Source: Armatimonadota bacterium
GTDB lineage: Bacteria > Armatimonadota > SYMT01
Reading direction: 5' to 3'
Length of the DNA: 64,000 nucleotides
Assembly (NCBI GenBank): GCA_041690135.1
Contig: JAWLHY010000001.1
Span: 448,001 to 512,000 of the forward strand
A program made the position numbers and the translations under genes. The stretch's first letter is position 1; each line of letters begins with the position of its first letter. Below are positions 19,662-28,598 of the stretch, in pieces. The notes below the pieces were generated by a model that was given only the letters and a program-made list of their open reading frames with translations, was not told the DNA's origin and searched no databases.

Positions 19662-21203
19662 CTAATGTCTATGCGGTCGCGCTAGCTCGCGCGCAAGCTG
19701 GAGAATTTGCCCCGCTTCCTTTTGCACGTCTTCCAGGCGTCGCGCTTGCTCGGAGCTCAATTCTTCCGCACCGTGTTTTCCTCGCGACAGCATCAACCGC
19801 GCGGAGCTCTGTGCCAGCTTCGCGTAGCGGACCGCCTCCTCGCCATTCCGGTACTCCAGTAAAGTACGAGCGAGAAGCGCCAGCCACTCCGGTTGCTCGA
19901 CGGGAGGGGCATGGCGCAAGGCAGCCAGCGCATATCGCTCTGCCTCGCTCAGGTTCAGGTCTTGGCGGTGGTAATCGAACAGGTAGCGGGCTGCCGCCGG
20001 GGCTAAGGGACTGTCGGGGTATTCGGTCAACAGGCTGACCGCCACGCCTGAACGGAGTTGATCATCGATCTGGGTGGTGGCAGGATCGAGTAAAGAAGCC
20101 AGAAACTCCGCGGAGATCCCGTACTTGAGGGCGCTGATTTGCGGAGATGAATAGTTGCCGCTCGCTTGGGAGAACCAGAGGCGGAGCTCCGCATTGAGCT
20201 CCCGGGTCAGTGCCGGAGCCCACACGCTGTGGGGCCACCTGTCAACGGCGTACCGCAGTTGTTCGAGACGCCGCGCGGCGACATCCGCCGCCTTCTCACG
20301 CCGGCCCTCACCGACATAGGCCGCGTATGCCGGCCCGAACAGACGAGCTGCGGGGAGGGGGCGGAAGTGCTCCAGATGCTGCCCCAATTGTACCGGGGTA
20401 ACTCCCAGATCCCAGCCGGCGATGATGGTGCCAAGCGTAAGCGCGGTCACCAGCCCGCTCACCCGTTCCACGGCCAGAATGCCGGCCGTCAGCACCAGTA
20501 GGTGAGCCGGCGTGGCAGCGAGGCGAGGACGGATGGAAGCGGGGATCAGCCGCAGGTGGATGGCCCACAAGACAGCACACGCCCCGGACAGCACCATCTT
20601 GTTCAGGGGCCATAGCTGGTGGAAAATATCACGATCGGCCACAGCCCGGTAACTCCAGAGCGAGAAGAGCGGGTTCTCCGCGAAGCTCCAGAGCGCCGAA
20701 CTGAGCCAGAGGACGAGTGCCAGAACCATTCCGGCCGCGGCGCTCCGGAAATAGGAGGCGGTGAGACTGGCCAGAAGAGCAAGGAACGTGGCGCCCGGAA
20801 GCGCTCCCAACAACGGCGTAACTACATCGGAGCCGGCCCCGAGAAAGCTCACGGCCACCACTCCGCACAGACCCACCACCAGGCCGAAGCCCAGGCTGGT
20901 CAGGATCCGGAGAGCCAGAGCCCGGCCGCGACCACTTCCTTTTCCGCAGAGGAGGGCATCCAACCCCGAACGCTCGGAGTCGGCCGCCAACCGTCCCGCA
21001 CACAAGGCGGCAACGAGCGACGGAAAACCCTCCGCCACCCAAACTGGGGCATCGGCATCCTTTGAGAGCAGGGCCACGAGCGCGGGCGCACCCAGAATTG
21101 CGATGGCTGCGCCCGCCCATAACGAAGGCCGCCAGAGGGAAGCCAGGCTGATCCACCAGTACTTCCAAACAGAGGGATCCGAACGCGTCTGGGTCGCTGT
21201 CAT
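19662..21203 (-). CDS. ABC-2-type permease-like membrane protein with C-terminal TPR domain
   Basis: About seven TM helices; RWPHSVWA and EYPDSPLA TPR-like caps. Confidence 0.75.
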   Translation of the reverse strand: MTATQTRSDPSVWKYWWISLASLWRPSLWAGAAIAILGAPALVALLSKDADAPVWVAEGFPSLVAALCAGRLAADSERSGLDALLCGKGSGRGRALALRILTSLGFGLVVGLCGVVAVSFLGAGSDVVTPLLGALPGATFLALLASLTASYFRSAAAGMVLALVLWLSSALWSFAENPLFSLWSYRAVADRDIFHQLWPLNKMVLSGACAVLWAIHLRLIPASIRPRLAATPAHLLVLTAGILAVERVSGLVTALTLGTIIAGWDLGVTPVQLGQHLEHFRPLPAARLFGPAYAAYVGEGRREKAADVAARRLEQLRYAVDRWPHSVWAPALTRELNAELRLWFSQASGNYSSPQISALKYGISAEFLASLLDPATTQIDDQLRSGVAVSLLTEYPDSPLAPAAARYLFDYHRQDLNLSEAERYALAALRHAPPVEQPEWLALLARTLLEYRNGEEAVRYAKLAQSSARLMLSRGKHGAEELSSEQARRLEDVQKEAGQILQLARELARPHRH

Positions 21204-21206
21204 GCC

Positions 21207-22499
21207 TTACTCCCTCGTTTGCGCCACCAGGGCCGCTACCTGGTTCCGGAGTATCCCGGCCTCCAACCTGCCCTCGTGCCGGATCTGCCGTACGATGCGT
21301 TGCCGGTCCGTCACCACCAGCAGCGGCAACTCCGCGGCTTGATAGGCCCGCATCACCGCAGAGGCCGGAGCCCGATCGGAGGCGGTGGCGCTGGTGTCCA
21401 GTCCAATGGGGAAACGGTACTCGCCAACGCGCGCGATGGCCCACCGGTCCGCGACATTGGGGCTGATGCAAACCCCCAACGGCTGCACTCCTTCGGTTCC
21501 GAATTCGCGCTGAACGCTTTGCAGTGCTTCCAGCGAGGCGACCGCTTCCGGGTCGCTGGCGGAGAACAAGAGAACCAGCAGGATCTTTCCGGGGTAGTCG
21601 GCGGTGCGAAGAATGCCGCCCCGACCGTCTGGCAGACTCAGTCCCGGTATCCGGTCACCCACTCGCAGTTCCTGGGCCTCCATCCGGCGCCACCATGTAG
21701 CCGTGACTTCGGTGTGCGTGGGACGGCCGCGATAGGCCAGGGCGGCACTCCCGAATACCGACATCGCCAGCGCACCCAGAACCGCCGCGGTCGTCCAATG
21801 CCGGTACGGTTCGCCCCGCCTACTGCGCTCCAGAATGAGAGCGACTCCGACCACACCCAGGACCACCAGCAGCAGCCAGGCACCACTGTTCTGGGCGTAG
21901 GCCGCCGAGATTCCCCACCGGCGGAACGCCGGATCGAGAACGAACCAGCCGATAGTGGCGAGGATTCCCGCGGGCGGCCACCGTAACGCTCGGGTGGCCG
22001 TGAACGCCAGGGTGACCAGAATGATCACCTGAGTTGCGGCCCGGCCCATGGCAGCGAGCGGGCTAAGCAGACCGGTAGCGCCGCTCGCTGCGAAAATGGC
22101 CACCGGCATCAGGAAGCCCCCTGCAAGCAGCACCAGCCAGAGCCCAATTCCACAGACCCAGTCCACCAGCAGGCGCTGTGCCCCGTCTCCCGGTTTTGCG
22201 CGAAACAGAGCACCCTGGTCCTTTCCTCCGTGCAGATCAGTAGCCGCGCGAGTGGTGACCCAGACCCCACCCGCCAATCCGTAAAGACTGCCGAGCCAAT
22301 CCCCCAGCGCAATAGAGGCATAGGCAGGACTGTTCCGGAGAAGGACGGCCGCCAGGCCGGTCAGGATCGCCGCAGCCAGTGCCGGACGGCGCAGTGAGGA
22401 ATTCCGCAACTCATGGACCAATCCCAACCGGAGCAACTGCAGCAGGCGCTGCATCCGGTGAATCGGAAAGCCGCGAGTCTCTTGCCAGAATCCAGACAT
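21207..22499 (-). CDS. ABC permease-like membrane protein fused to Cys-less TlpA/redoxin domain
   Basis: About seven TM helices, then LRVGDRIPGLSLPDGRGG...YPGKILLVLLFSASDPEA...ELPLLVVTD; GGAGG before ATG 22499 (alternative ATG 22454). Confidence 0.78.
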   Translation of the reverse strand: MSGFWQETRGFPIHRMQRLLQLLRLGLVHELRNSSLRRPALAAAILTGLAAVLLRNSPAYASIALGDWLGSLYGLAGGVWVTTRAATDLHGGKDQGALFRAKPGDGAQRLLVDWVCGIGLWLVLLAGGFLMPVAIFAASGATGLLSPLAAMGRAATQVIILVTLAFTATRALRWPPAGILATIGWFVLDPAFRRWGISAAYAQNSGAWLLLVVLGVVGVALILERSRRGEPYRHWTTAAVLGALAMSVFGSAALAYRGRPTHTEVTATWWRRMEAQELRVGDRIPGLSLPDGRGGILRTADYPGKILLVLLFSASDPEAVASLEALQSVQREFGTEGVQPLGVCISPNVADRWAIARVGEYRFPIGLDTSATASDRAPASAVMRAYQAAELPLLVVTDRQRIVRQIRHEGRLEAGILRNQVAALVAQTRE

Positions 22500-23340
22500 A
22501 GGCGTCCTCCAGGGTGGGGGGAACGGGTTGCGCTTCGGGTACGGGCGAGGCCGGGGCGACACCGCGGAGTGTGAGCTTGCCGTCCACTCGCGTCAGCCCG
22601 GTCCTGAGGAATGAGGGCGGCAAAGGCGGCATTCTTCCGTCGAACTCCAGGCGCCACACCTGGCCACGCACCAACTCCAGCAGGTCCGCGTGAGCGGCGT
22701 AGGCCAGCACGCGTCCTTCGTGCAAAATCAGAACCCGCTCCGCCAGCGCCTCGGCCTCGGCTGGGGACGAGGTTCCTACCAGCACCAGGTATTCCTGGCC
22801 AAGGGCGGCAATTACGGAGCGGACTTCCCAGGCGTCGGTCTCGGGAAGGTTTCGTGTCGGCTCATCCAGCAACAGGGTGGAGATCTGTCCTAAGCAGGCC
22901 TGCGCCAGAGCCACACGCCGGTGGACCCCCGGTGGCAAGGCGCGGATCCTCTGATCGCGGTGTAGTGTGAGGTTGAACCGCTCCATCACCCGGCTGATCC
23001 GGAGTTGCCGCGCTGCCGGGAGGTCCAGGTTGCAGAGGAGTGCGAGGTAATCCAGCATCTCGTACACCGTGAGATCGGGAAGCAAACCGGCTTCTTCTGG
23101 AACAAAGCCGATCCGGCGGCGGACCTGCGTGGCCTGTTTTCGCGTGTCGCAACCGTCCACCCGGATGGACCCTCCCGATGGCTGGTCGAGAGCGGCTATC
23201 AGGGAGAGAAGGGAGGTCTTACCGGCTCCCGCCGGACCCAATACGGCTAAAACGCCAGTCTCGACCTCGAAGCTCACCCCCCGCAAGCCATGCCCGGCAC
23301 CCCGCTGCTTTTTGCTGACCTGAATGAACTGGATTCCCAT
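22411..23340 (-). CDS. ABC transporter ATP-binding protein with degenerate motifs
   Basis: GPAGAGKT, LLLDEPT, PTLEDAY; signature reads LPPGV and the switch His is absent. Confidence 0.9.
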   Translation of the reverse strand: MGIQFIQVSKKQRGAGHGLRGVSFEVETGVLAVLGPAGAGKTSLLSLIAALDQPSGGSIRVDGCDTRKQATQVRRRIGFVPEEAGLLPDLTVYEMLDYLALLCNLDLPAARQLRISRVMERFNLTLHRDQRIRALPPGVHRRVALAQACLGQISTLLLDEPTRNLPETDAWEVRSVIAALGQEYLVLVGTSSPAEAEALAERVLILHEGRVLAYAAHADLLELVRGQVWRLEFDGRMPPLPPSFLRTGLTRVDGKLTLRGVAPASPVPEAQPVPPTLEDAYVWILARDSRLSDSPDAAPAAVAPVGIGP

Positions 23341-23343
23341 GGA

Positions 23344-24492
23344 TCAGAAGCCCTGATACTGCTGTGCCTGTTCAGCGGCGATTTGAAGGAGAAGCGCGGG
23401 AGGGATCCGTAGGCGACGGATTCGGTTCCCCTCATACTCCGCCACGTAGGTCGTCCCATCCTCATCCACAATCAACGCACACGGCGCTGTGAGGCGAGCA
23501 ACGTCCCCGTTTCCATCCACGGATGCGGGAGAGTTAGCCCGCCCCATGGGAGTACCACCCGCCAGGAGCACCTGTGAGCCTTCCCCTCGATCCAGAAGTA
23601 TCAGGTGGTTCTCCGGATCGGGGTACACCTGCGGCAGGCCGGCCGTCGCCAGTACGGACCCACCCAGGCGGGAGTTGTCGGCAAATGCTCTCCCCGCGGT
23701 GAGAAAACGCGTCCGTACCATGGTCGTGGCCGACCAGTAGGCGTCGATTCGATCCGGCACATGGTTGCCCTGGTAATCACCCAGGATGCTGCGGACGGTC
23801 TTGGGAGGCTGCGTTGGGGTCGTCACGTTGCCGGCTGCATCTACCCTCCGCACACAGCGGTTGCCGACATCCGCTACCCACAAGGCCCCATCCGGCCCCC
23901 AGGTCAGCGCGGAAGGGGAGCGGAAACGGGCGGCTGAACCTTTGCCTTCCGCCTTTCCGGCCTTTGAGCCGGCCAGGGTGCTCACCACGCCGTTCTGGAT
24001 GCGACAGATGCGATGGTTGCCCGTGTCTGCCAGATAGATGACGCCGGACGGAGACACGGCTACGCCCGTAGGATAGCGAAAGCGGGCGCTGTCCACGGGA
24101 CCATCGCTTTTGCCGCCGGGACCGCCAGGTTCTCCTCCACCCGCCAGCGTGGACACCTCACCTTCCCGGCTGATGCGGCGAAGGCGATGATTGCGACTGT
24201 CGCAGACCAGAATGCTGTGGTCCGGTCCGAACGCCAGGCCCGTGGGCCCGCAGAATCGGGCCTTCCAGCGCGGGCCGTCCGCGAATCCCGGCTCCGCTCC
24301 GGTGAGCGTTTCAACGCGAATGTGTTCGTATCCCCGCGCTTGCTCTCGGGGAGTGAGGGTGCTGGTGGTTCCGTAGGTGGAGTTGCTCCGCTGCGCCACC
24401 TGCGAACTGGGCCAGTAGAGGTACACGGCGATGCCGGTCAGCCCCGCAAGTATGGCGGCGGCGGTCCCGGGATTGATTCGGTTACCGAACAT
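23344..24492 (-). CDS. Membrane-anchored NHL-repeat beta-propeller protein
   Basis: N-terminal TM; ARF..PTG.A...DTGNHRI repeats. Confidence 0.9.
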   Translation of the reverse strand: MFGNRINPGTAAAILAGLTGIAVYLYWPSSQVAQRSNSTYGTTSTLTPREQARGYEHIRVETLTGAEPGFADGPRWKARFCGPTGLAFGPDHSILVCDSRNHRLRRISREGEVSTLAGGGEPGGPGGKSDGPVDSARFRYPTGVAVSPSGVIYLADTGNHRICRIQNGVVSTLAGSKAGKAEGKGSAARFRSPSALTWGPDGALWVADVGNRCVRRVDAAGNVTTPTQPPKTVRSILGDYQGNHVPDRIDAYWSATTMVRTRFLTAGRAFADNSRLGGSVLATAGLPQVYPDPENHLILLDRGEGSQVLLAGGTPMGRANSPASVDGNGDVARLTAPCALIVDEDGTTYVAEYEGNRIRRLRIPPALLLQIAAEQAQQYQGF

Positions 24493-25519
24493 ACCCTTCG
24501 TCCTCCACCTGAACCGCCACCGGTGTGGTGCCGCCCACCTGAAACAGTTGGTCCTGGTCGGCTACCACGCGCCCTGAGAGTGAACCGGGGAGTCGTTCGG
24601 CGGGCGCACGCCCGCGAAGCGCATACCAGCCGTCGGAAGCGAACCGGACCCCTTGAGGCGTCCCCAGGAGGACCCCGTTTTCCGGCAACCAATCACCGAC
24701 CAGGACAACGTTCCCAGCGCTTCCGAGGGTCCGGACGCAGCGCATCCCGGTGGCGGGGCTGGCTTCATCGGAGGGTGCGGTCCAGAAGAGCGTGCCCTCG
24801 TACAAAACCGCGGACTGTGAACCGCTCTCGACGGCCACGCGCTCCGCCTTTCCGTCGGCCAGCGCGATCCGGAGGAACTCCGTGCTGGCAGGCCTCCGGA
24901 CGCGGCAGAAAAGATAGTCCTCAGTCACTCCCAGCAGATCCTGGGCGGGAAGTTCGGTACCGGAAGGCCCACCTCCCGGCCACTCTGCCAGCGTGCGGAC
25001 CGCGCCGCTCCCATCACGCATCCGTAGGATCGCGGTCCAGCCTTCCGTGGGAATATAGCGGAAGGCCGCCGCTCGAGGAGCCCGGTTCTCCAGCCAGTAC
25101 AAACGGCCGTTGTCCGCGAAGAGTCCCGAGGGTTGTGCAAGGCCAGACACCACCTTTTCGGGCGTCACATCGCGGCCCGGGCGCAGCCGACAGAGGTGAC
25201 CCTGGTCCCGCTGCTGCTGCGTCAGCCAGAGTGCTTGGCCATCCCAGGCCAGAGCGCTCCAGCCGGATCCGGTAGCCAAAGATACCGGCGCACGCCCTGG
25301 CCCACCTTCAAAGAGGGTCTCTTGTCCCCCGGAGGCGTGAGTCCAGAACCACCGATCACCCCCCGAAGCGAAAAGGACGATCCCGTCGCGGAAGGGCCCT
25401 CCTACGAGTGACAGCGCGGGGTTACGGTCAGGCTGCGCGGCTACCAGGCTCGCGGTTGCGACACACACGAGTACTGCCGCCGTAAACCGGATGCGACGGA
25501 TCGATGCGTAGGTGTCCAT
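24482..25519 (-). CDS. Secreted beta-propeller-like hypothetical protein
   Basis: Signal peptide; LAWDGQALW, ADNGRLYW, LYEGTLFW blade-like motifs; overlaps NHL gene start. Confidence 0.72.
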   Translation of the reverse strand: MDTYASIRRIRFTAAVLVCVATASLVAAQPDRNPALSLVGGPFRDGIVLFASGGDRWFWTHASGGQETLFEGGPGRAPVSLATGSGWSALAWDGQALWLTQQQRDQGHLCRLRPGRDVTPEKVVSGLAQPSGLFADNGRLYWLENRAPRAAAFRYIPTEGWTAILRMRDGSGAVRTLAEWPGGGPSGTELPAQDLLGVTEDYLFCRVRRPASTEFLRIALADGKAERVAVESGSQSAVLYEGTLFWTAPSDEASPATGMRCVRTLGSAGNVVLVGDWLPENGVLLGTPQGVRFASDGWYALRGRAPAERLPGSLSGRVVADQDQLFQVGGTTPVAVQVEDEGYVR

Positions 25520-25712
25520 GAGATCGTAAAATGCAGCCGGTCCGAGCCCGCCCCAGGTCGGGAAGGCTCACGCACAGATCGTATTCTGCACGACCCATTT
25601 TCGACCCAACTCGCTCAGTCTCCTTTGTGTTGCGGAAAAAAGTGTCTGGCTGTTGTGCTCGGCCGCCAGACGGCCGTGGTCCCGTCCCAGACCATACCGC
25701 TGGTCCCTATGC

Positions 25713-28598
25713 TTAACCCAGGCGCAGGTTGCGCAGCAAACGACCCTGCCGGAGATCCACCACCAGGAGACGTCCCCGGTCATCGGTGACGGTGAGAGTC
25801 TCTTCCTGGAAACGGCAGGCGATACTCCCGGCGCCCTCCAGGAGGATCTTCGCGCACAAGCTCCGTCGCCCCTGGTCGAACAGGAACAGCTCACAGGCTT
25901 CCGGGGTGCGAATCCCGGCCACCACCCATTCCTCGGAGGCTATCGGGGAGAGGCGCATCGCGTCGTTTGGAACGGACGCGAAGAGCCACTCCCGATCGGC
26001 GATGGCTACCGATCCCGCACTGTAAGGGGTCACCGCCTGGGCTGACCCTTCCGTGTTGCCGGGCGGGGGCAGGCCTGCCAGCCGGCCTTGCGGAGTGATG
26101 GAGCGCCACGGTGCCGAGCTCCAGCTTTCCCGCACGGGGCCGCGCTGGCGCAGCACGAGTTGGGGAAGCTGGTAGGTCCACCGCTCCCAGCTCTCGGTGG
26201 GAGGGATGGGGTTTCCCCAACTGTCCCGGTCCTCGTAGGCGTGGATCAGCAGGGAGCAGTGACCGGCATTCCGCGCGAGGGCGATGATCCGGCCCGGCAC
26301 TTCCTTCGTCCGCCAGAGGGCGGCGAACCGGGGCGCCGTGGCATCAATAGCGAGAAACCCTTCTTTCCCAGCCGCGAACCAGAGGGAGCCGTCGTAGTCG
26401 GACGCCCAGGCGTCCAGGCGCGCTTCGCACCAGCTTTCCGCGCGACGCGAAAGCAGGTCCAGCCGGGCGATGCGGTAGATGTCCCCGCGCCGGGCAAGAG
26501 CCAGGGCGCGGTCGCCGCGGTCCGAAACCACCAGGTGGTGAGCCGGCTGGTCGAAGTGAGCGACGGTGCGGCCGTCCCGCGTGAGCAGGCGGACCCCCGC
26601 CTCGCCCAGGGCTGCCAGGCACCGACCGCCGGGCAGGTAAGCCGCGTCCATAACCGGCAGCGCGCCCACGTCGGCGGCGGAGAACGCGAACTCCAGCGGG
26701 GTGGTGCGCAGGTGCAACTCCGACCGCTTCTCCGGCGGAAGCGGCGGCAGATCGGTGCGCAGGGCGCTGTCGCCGGCATACTGGATCAACTGGCGGAAGT
26801 CGGCGCCGGGAAGACGCTCGAGACCTGCTCCCGCATCACGGACCAACGCACGGACGGTGGCGCGCGCGAGGGTGGCGCTCGCGGGGGTCCGCTCCGTCTT
26901 CCGGAGGGCATCCGCGAAAGCCATGCGTTCCGGTCCGGACTCGGCGTCCTCCCGCGCCAGAAGCTCGAGGGCCCGGGTGCGGACTTCTCCCCAGGTTTCC
27001 GGCAACAGGGCCAGCTTGCGGGGCAGCATGCGGGCCGCCGGCACTCCGCCCAGCGCGAGTACGCGCTCGATCCACTCCTGAACGAGCGGGCGACCTTCCT
27101 CGATCGGCCAGGCGGCCTCGACCGCCCCGGCATAATCTCCCGCGGATGCCAGGGCATCCGCCCAGAGGAGGCGGGTATAACGGGCCAGTTGCGGATCGGT
27201 CTGTTCCAGGCGCGTCACCGCGTCCGCGAAGGCGCCGGTTCGGCGGGCGATCCGGACGGCCCTATCCCGATCACCCGCGAGGAGCCAGAGCCGGATGATC
27301 AGCCCCGGCGGCAGTTCCCTTGCTTCCGCGATCTCGGCGGCGAGTTGGAAGCGCCCGTGTCGTTCCAGGAAGGCAGCCGCCTCCGCGTAGGCCTGGAGTA
27401 GTTCTACAAGAACGAAGGCGGCCTCGTCGATGCGGCCCTCTGCGGCCAGGCGCTCGTGGGCACGACGGTAGATGCTCTCCAGGTCCTGGAAGAGACCGCC
27501 TCCCATGCCGATCGCGGATCTCACCGGTGCGCCGAACGGCTGGATCGTCAGGTCCGCCCGTGGAGCGAGGAAGCCGAGGGATGGCGGCAGGAACTCGGTG
27601 CCGGGAAGGCTCCCCAGCGGAATGGCATGGCGCAGCGCCTCGGTGAGGTCGCCCCGCTCAAACATGTCGAGCATGCGCGCCACGTACTCCGCCTGTCGCC
27701 GGCCTACCAGTCCGGACAGCCGGAAGTTGATCAACATCCGCGCGGCCGCCCGGCGCGCCACGCGAGAGAGACGGTCCAGTAGCGGAAGCTCCCAATCCGG
27801 TGGGATCACTCCGGGAGAAGATGGCGCTCGCCCCGCGCCATGGACCGGGAGACCGCCTGCCGGACCCTTCCCGGCGGCGCCACTGCTGGAAAGAAGGCCG
27901 CCCAGTTCCCGGAACAACCCTCGGAAGGCACTCCCCAGGGCCGTCGCCGCCCGCGCCATGCGGGGATCGACCTCGAAGCCCTGGTCGCGGTCAGGGGTGC
28001 GGCTCGTGGGCCGTTCCCGTGCCTTCTGCAACAGGAACAGGAGATCGCGTAACTCGGGAGAGGCGGGGGGAACCCCCTCCATTCGGGAGCGGGCCTCGAA
28101 GGGAGCCTCTTCGATCAGCACTTCGGCCGGTGGGGGCGGGGTCCCGAGCGAACGGGGTTCCACGTACTGGAATTCCGCCACCTCCAGCCATTTCGACAAC
28201 CACTCGGAGACATCAACTTCCGAGGCTGCGGAGAGGGCCTCGGTGAAGATCTCCCCCTTCCGGGCATACACCACCGCATCCGGGTTAGGAGAAAGGATAG
28301 CCCATTCCTGGGGAGCGAGGGGAAGCGAGCTCAGTATAAAGCCTGTTTCCGCGCCAGCCCGGCCGGTACCGAGACGAACCAGGGGGAGGCCGGGCGCAGT
28401 TGCGCAATCGACCCGAACCGAGGTCGGCAGGCGCAGGAGCCAACCGCCGCCGCAGCGATGCACCCGGGAGCCCGAAACCCACGCCTGTAGCACCCGCCGG
28501 CGGACTTCGGCTTCTCCCACGAGATCCGGGAAGAAGAGGAACCCGGAAGCTTCCACGGATCCCCGGTGCACCAGTTCTCGCGGTCGCAGCGGGTTCAT
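25713..28598 (-). CDS. bpX6-domain / helical repeat / beta-propeller protein of MoxR-vWA ternary system
   Basis: Start moved to MNPLRPRELVHRGSVEASGFLF (4-bp overlap with upstream gene); APGLPL, FERGDLTEALRHAIPLG, GRIDEAAFVLVELL. Confidence 0.82.
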   Translation of the reverse strand: MNPLRPRELVHRGSVEASGFLFFPDLVGEAEVRRRVLQAWVSGSRVHRCGGGWLLRLPTSVRVDCATAPGLPLVRLGTGRAGAETGFILSSLPLAPQEWAILSPNPDAVVYARKGEIFTEALSAASEVDVSEWLSKWLEVAEFQYVEPRSLGTPPPPAEVLIEEAPFEARSRMEGVPPASPELRDLLFLLQKARERPTSRTPDRDQGFEVDPRMARAATALGSAFRGLFRELGGLLSSSGAAGKGPAGGLPVHGAGRAPSSPGVIPPDWELPLLDRLSRVARRAAARMLINFRLSGLVGRRQAEYVARMLDMFERGDLTEALRHAIPLGSLPGTEFLPPSLGFLAPRADLTIQPFGAPVRSAIGMGGGLFQDLESIYRRAHERLAAEGRIDEAAFVLVELLQAYAEAAAFLERHGRFQLAAEIAEARELPPGLIIRLWLLAGDRDRAVRIARRTGAFADAVTRLEQTDPQLARYTRLLWADALASAGDYAGAVEAAWPIEEGRPLVQEWIERVLALGGVPAARMLPRKLALLPETWGEVRTRALELLAREDAESGPERMAFADALRKTERTPASATLARATVRALVRDAGAGLERLPGADFRQLIQYAGDSALRTDLPPLPPEKRSELHLRTTPLEFAFSAADVGALPVMDAAYLPGGRCLAALGEAGVRLLTRDGRTVAHFDQPAHHLVVSDRGDRALALARRGDIYRIARLDLLSRRAESWCEARLDAWASDYDGSLWFAAGKEGFLAIDATAPRFAALWRTKEVPGRIIALARNAGHCSLLIHAYEDRDSWGNPIPPTESWERWTYQLPQLVLRQRGPVRESWSSAPWRSITPQGRLAGLPPPGNTEGSAQAVTPYSAGSVAIADREWLFASVPNDAMRLSPIASEEWVVAGIRTPEACELFLFDQGRRSLCAKILLEGAGSIACRFQEETLTVTDDRGRLLVVDLRQGRLLRNLRLG

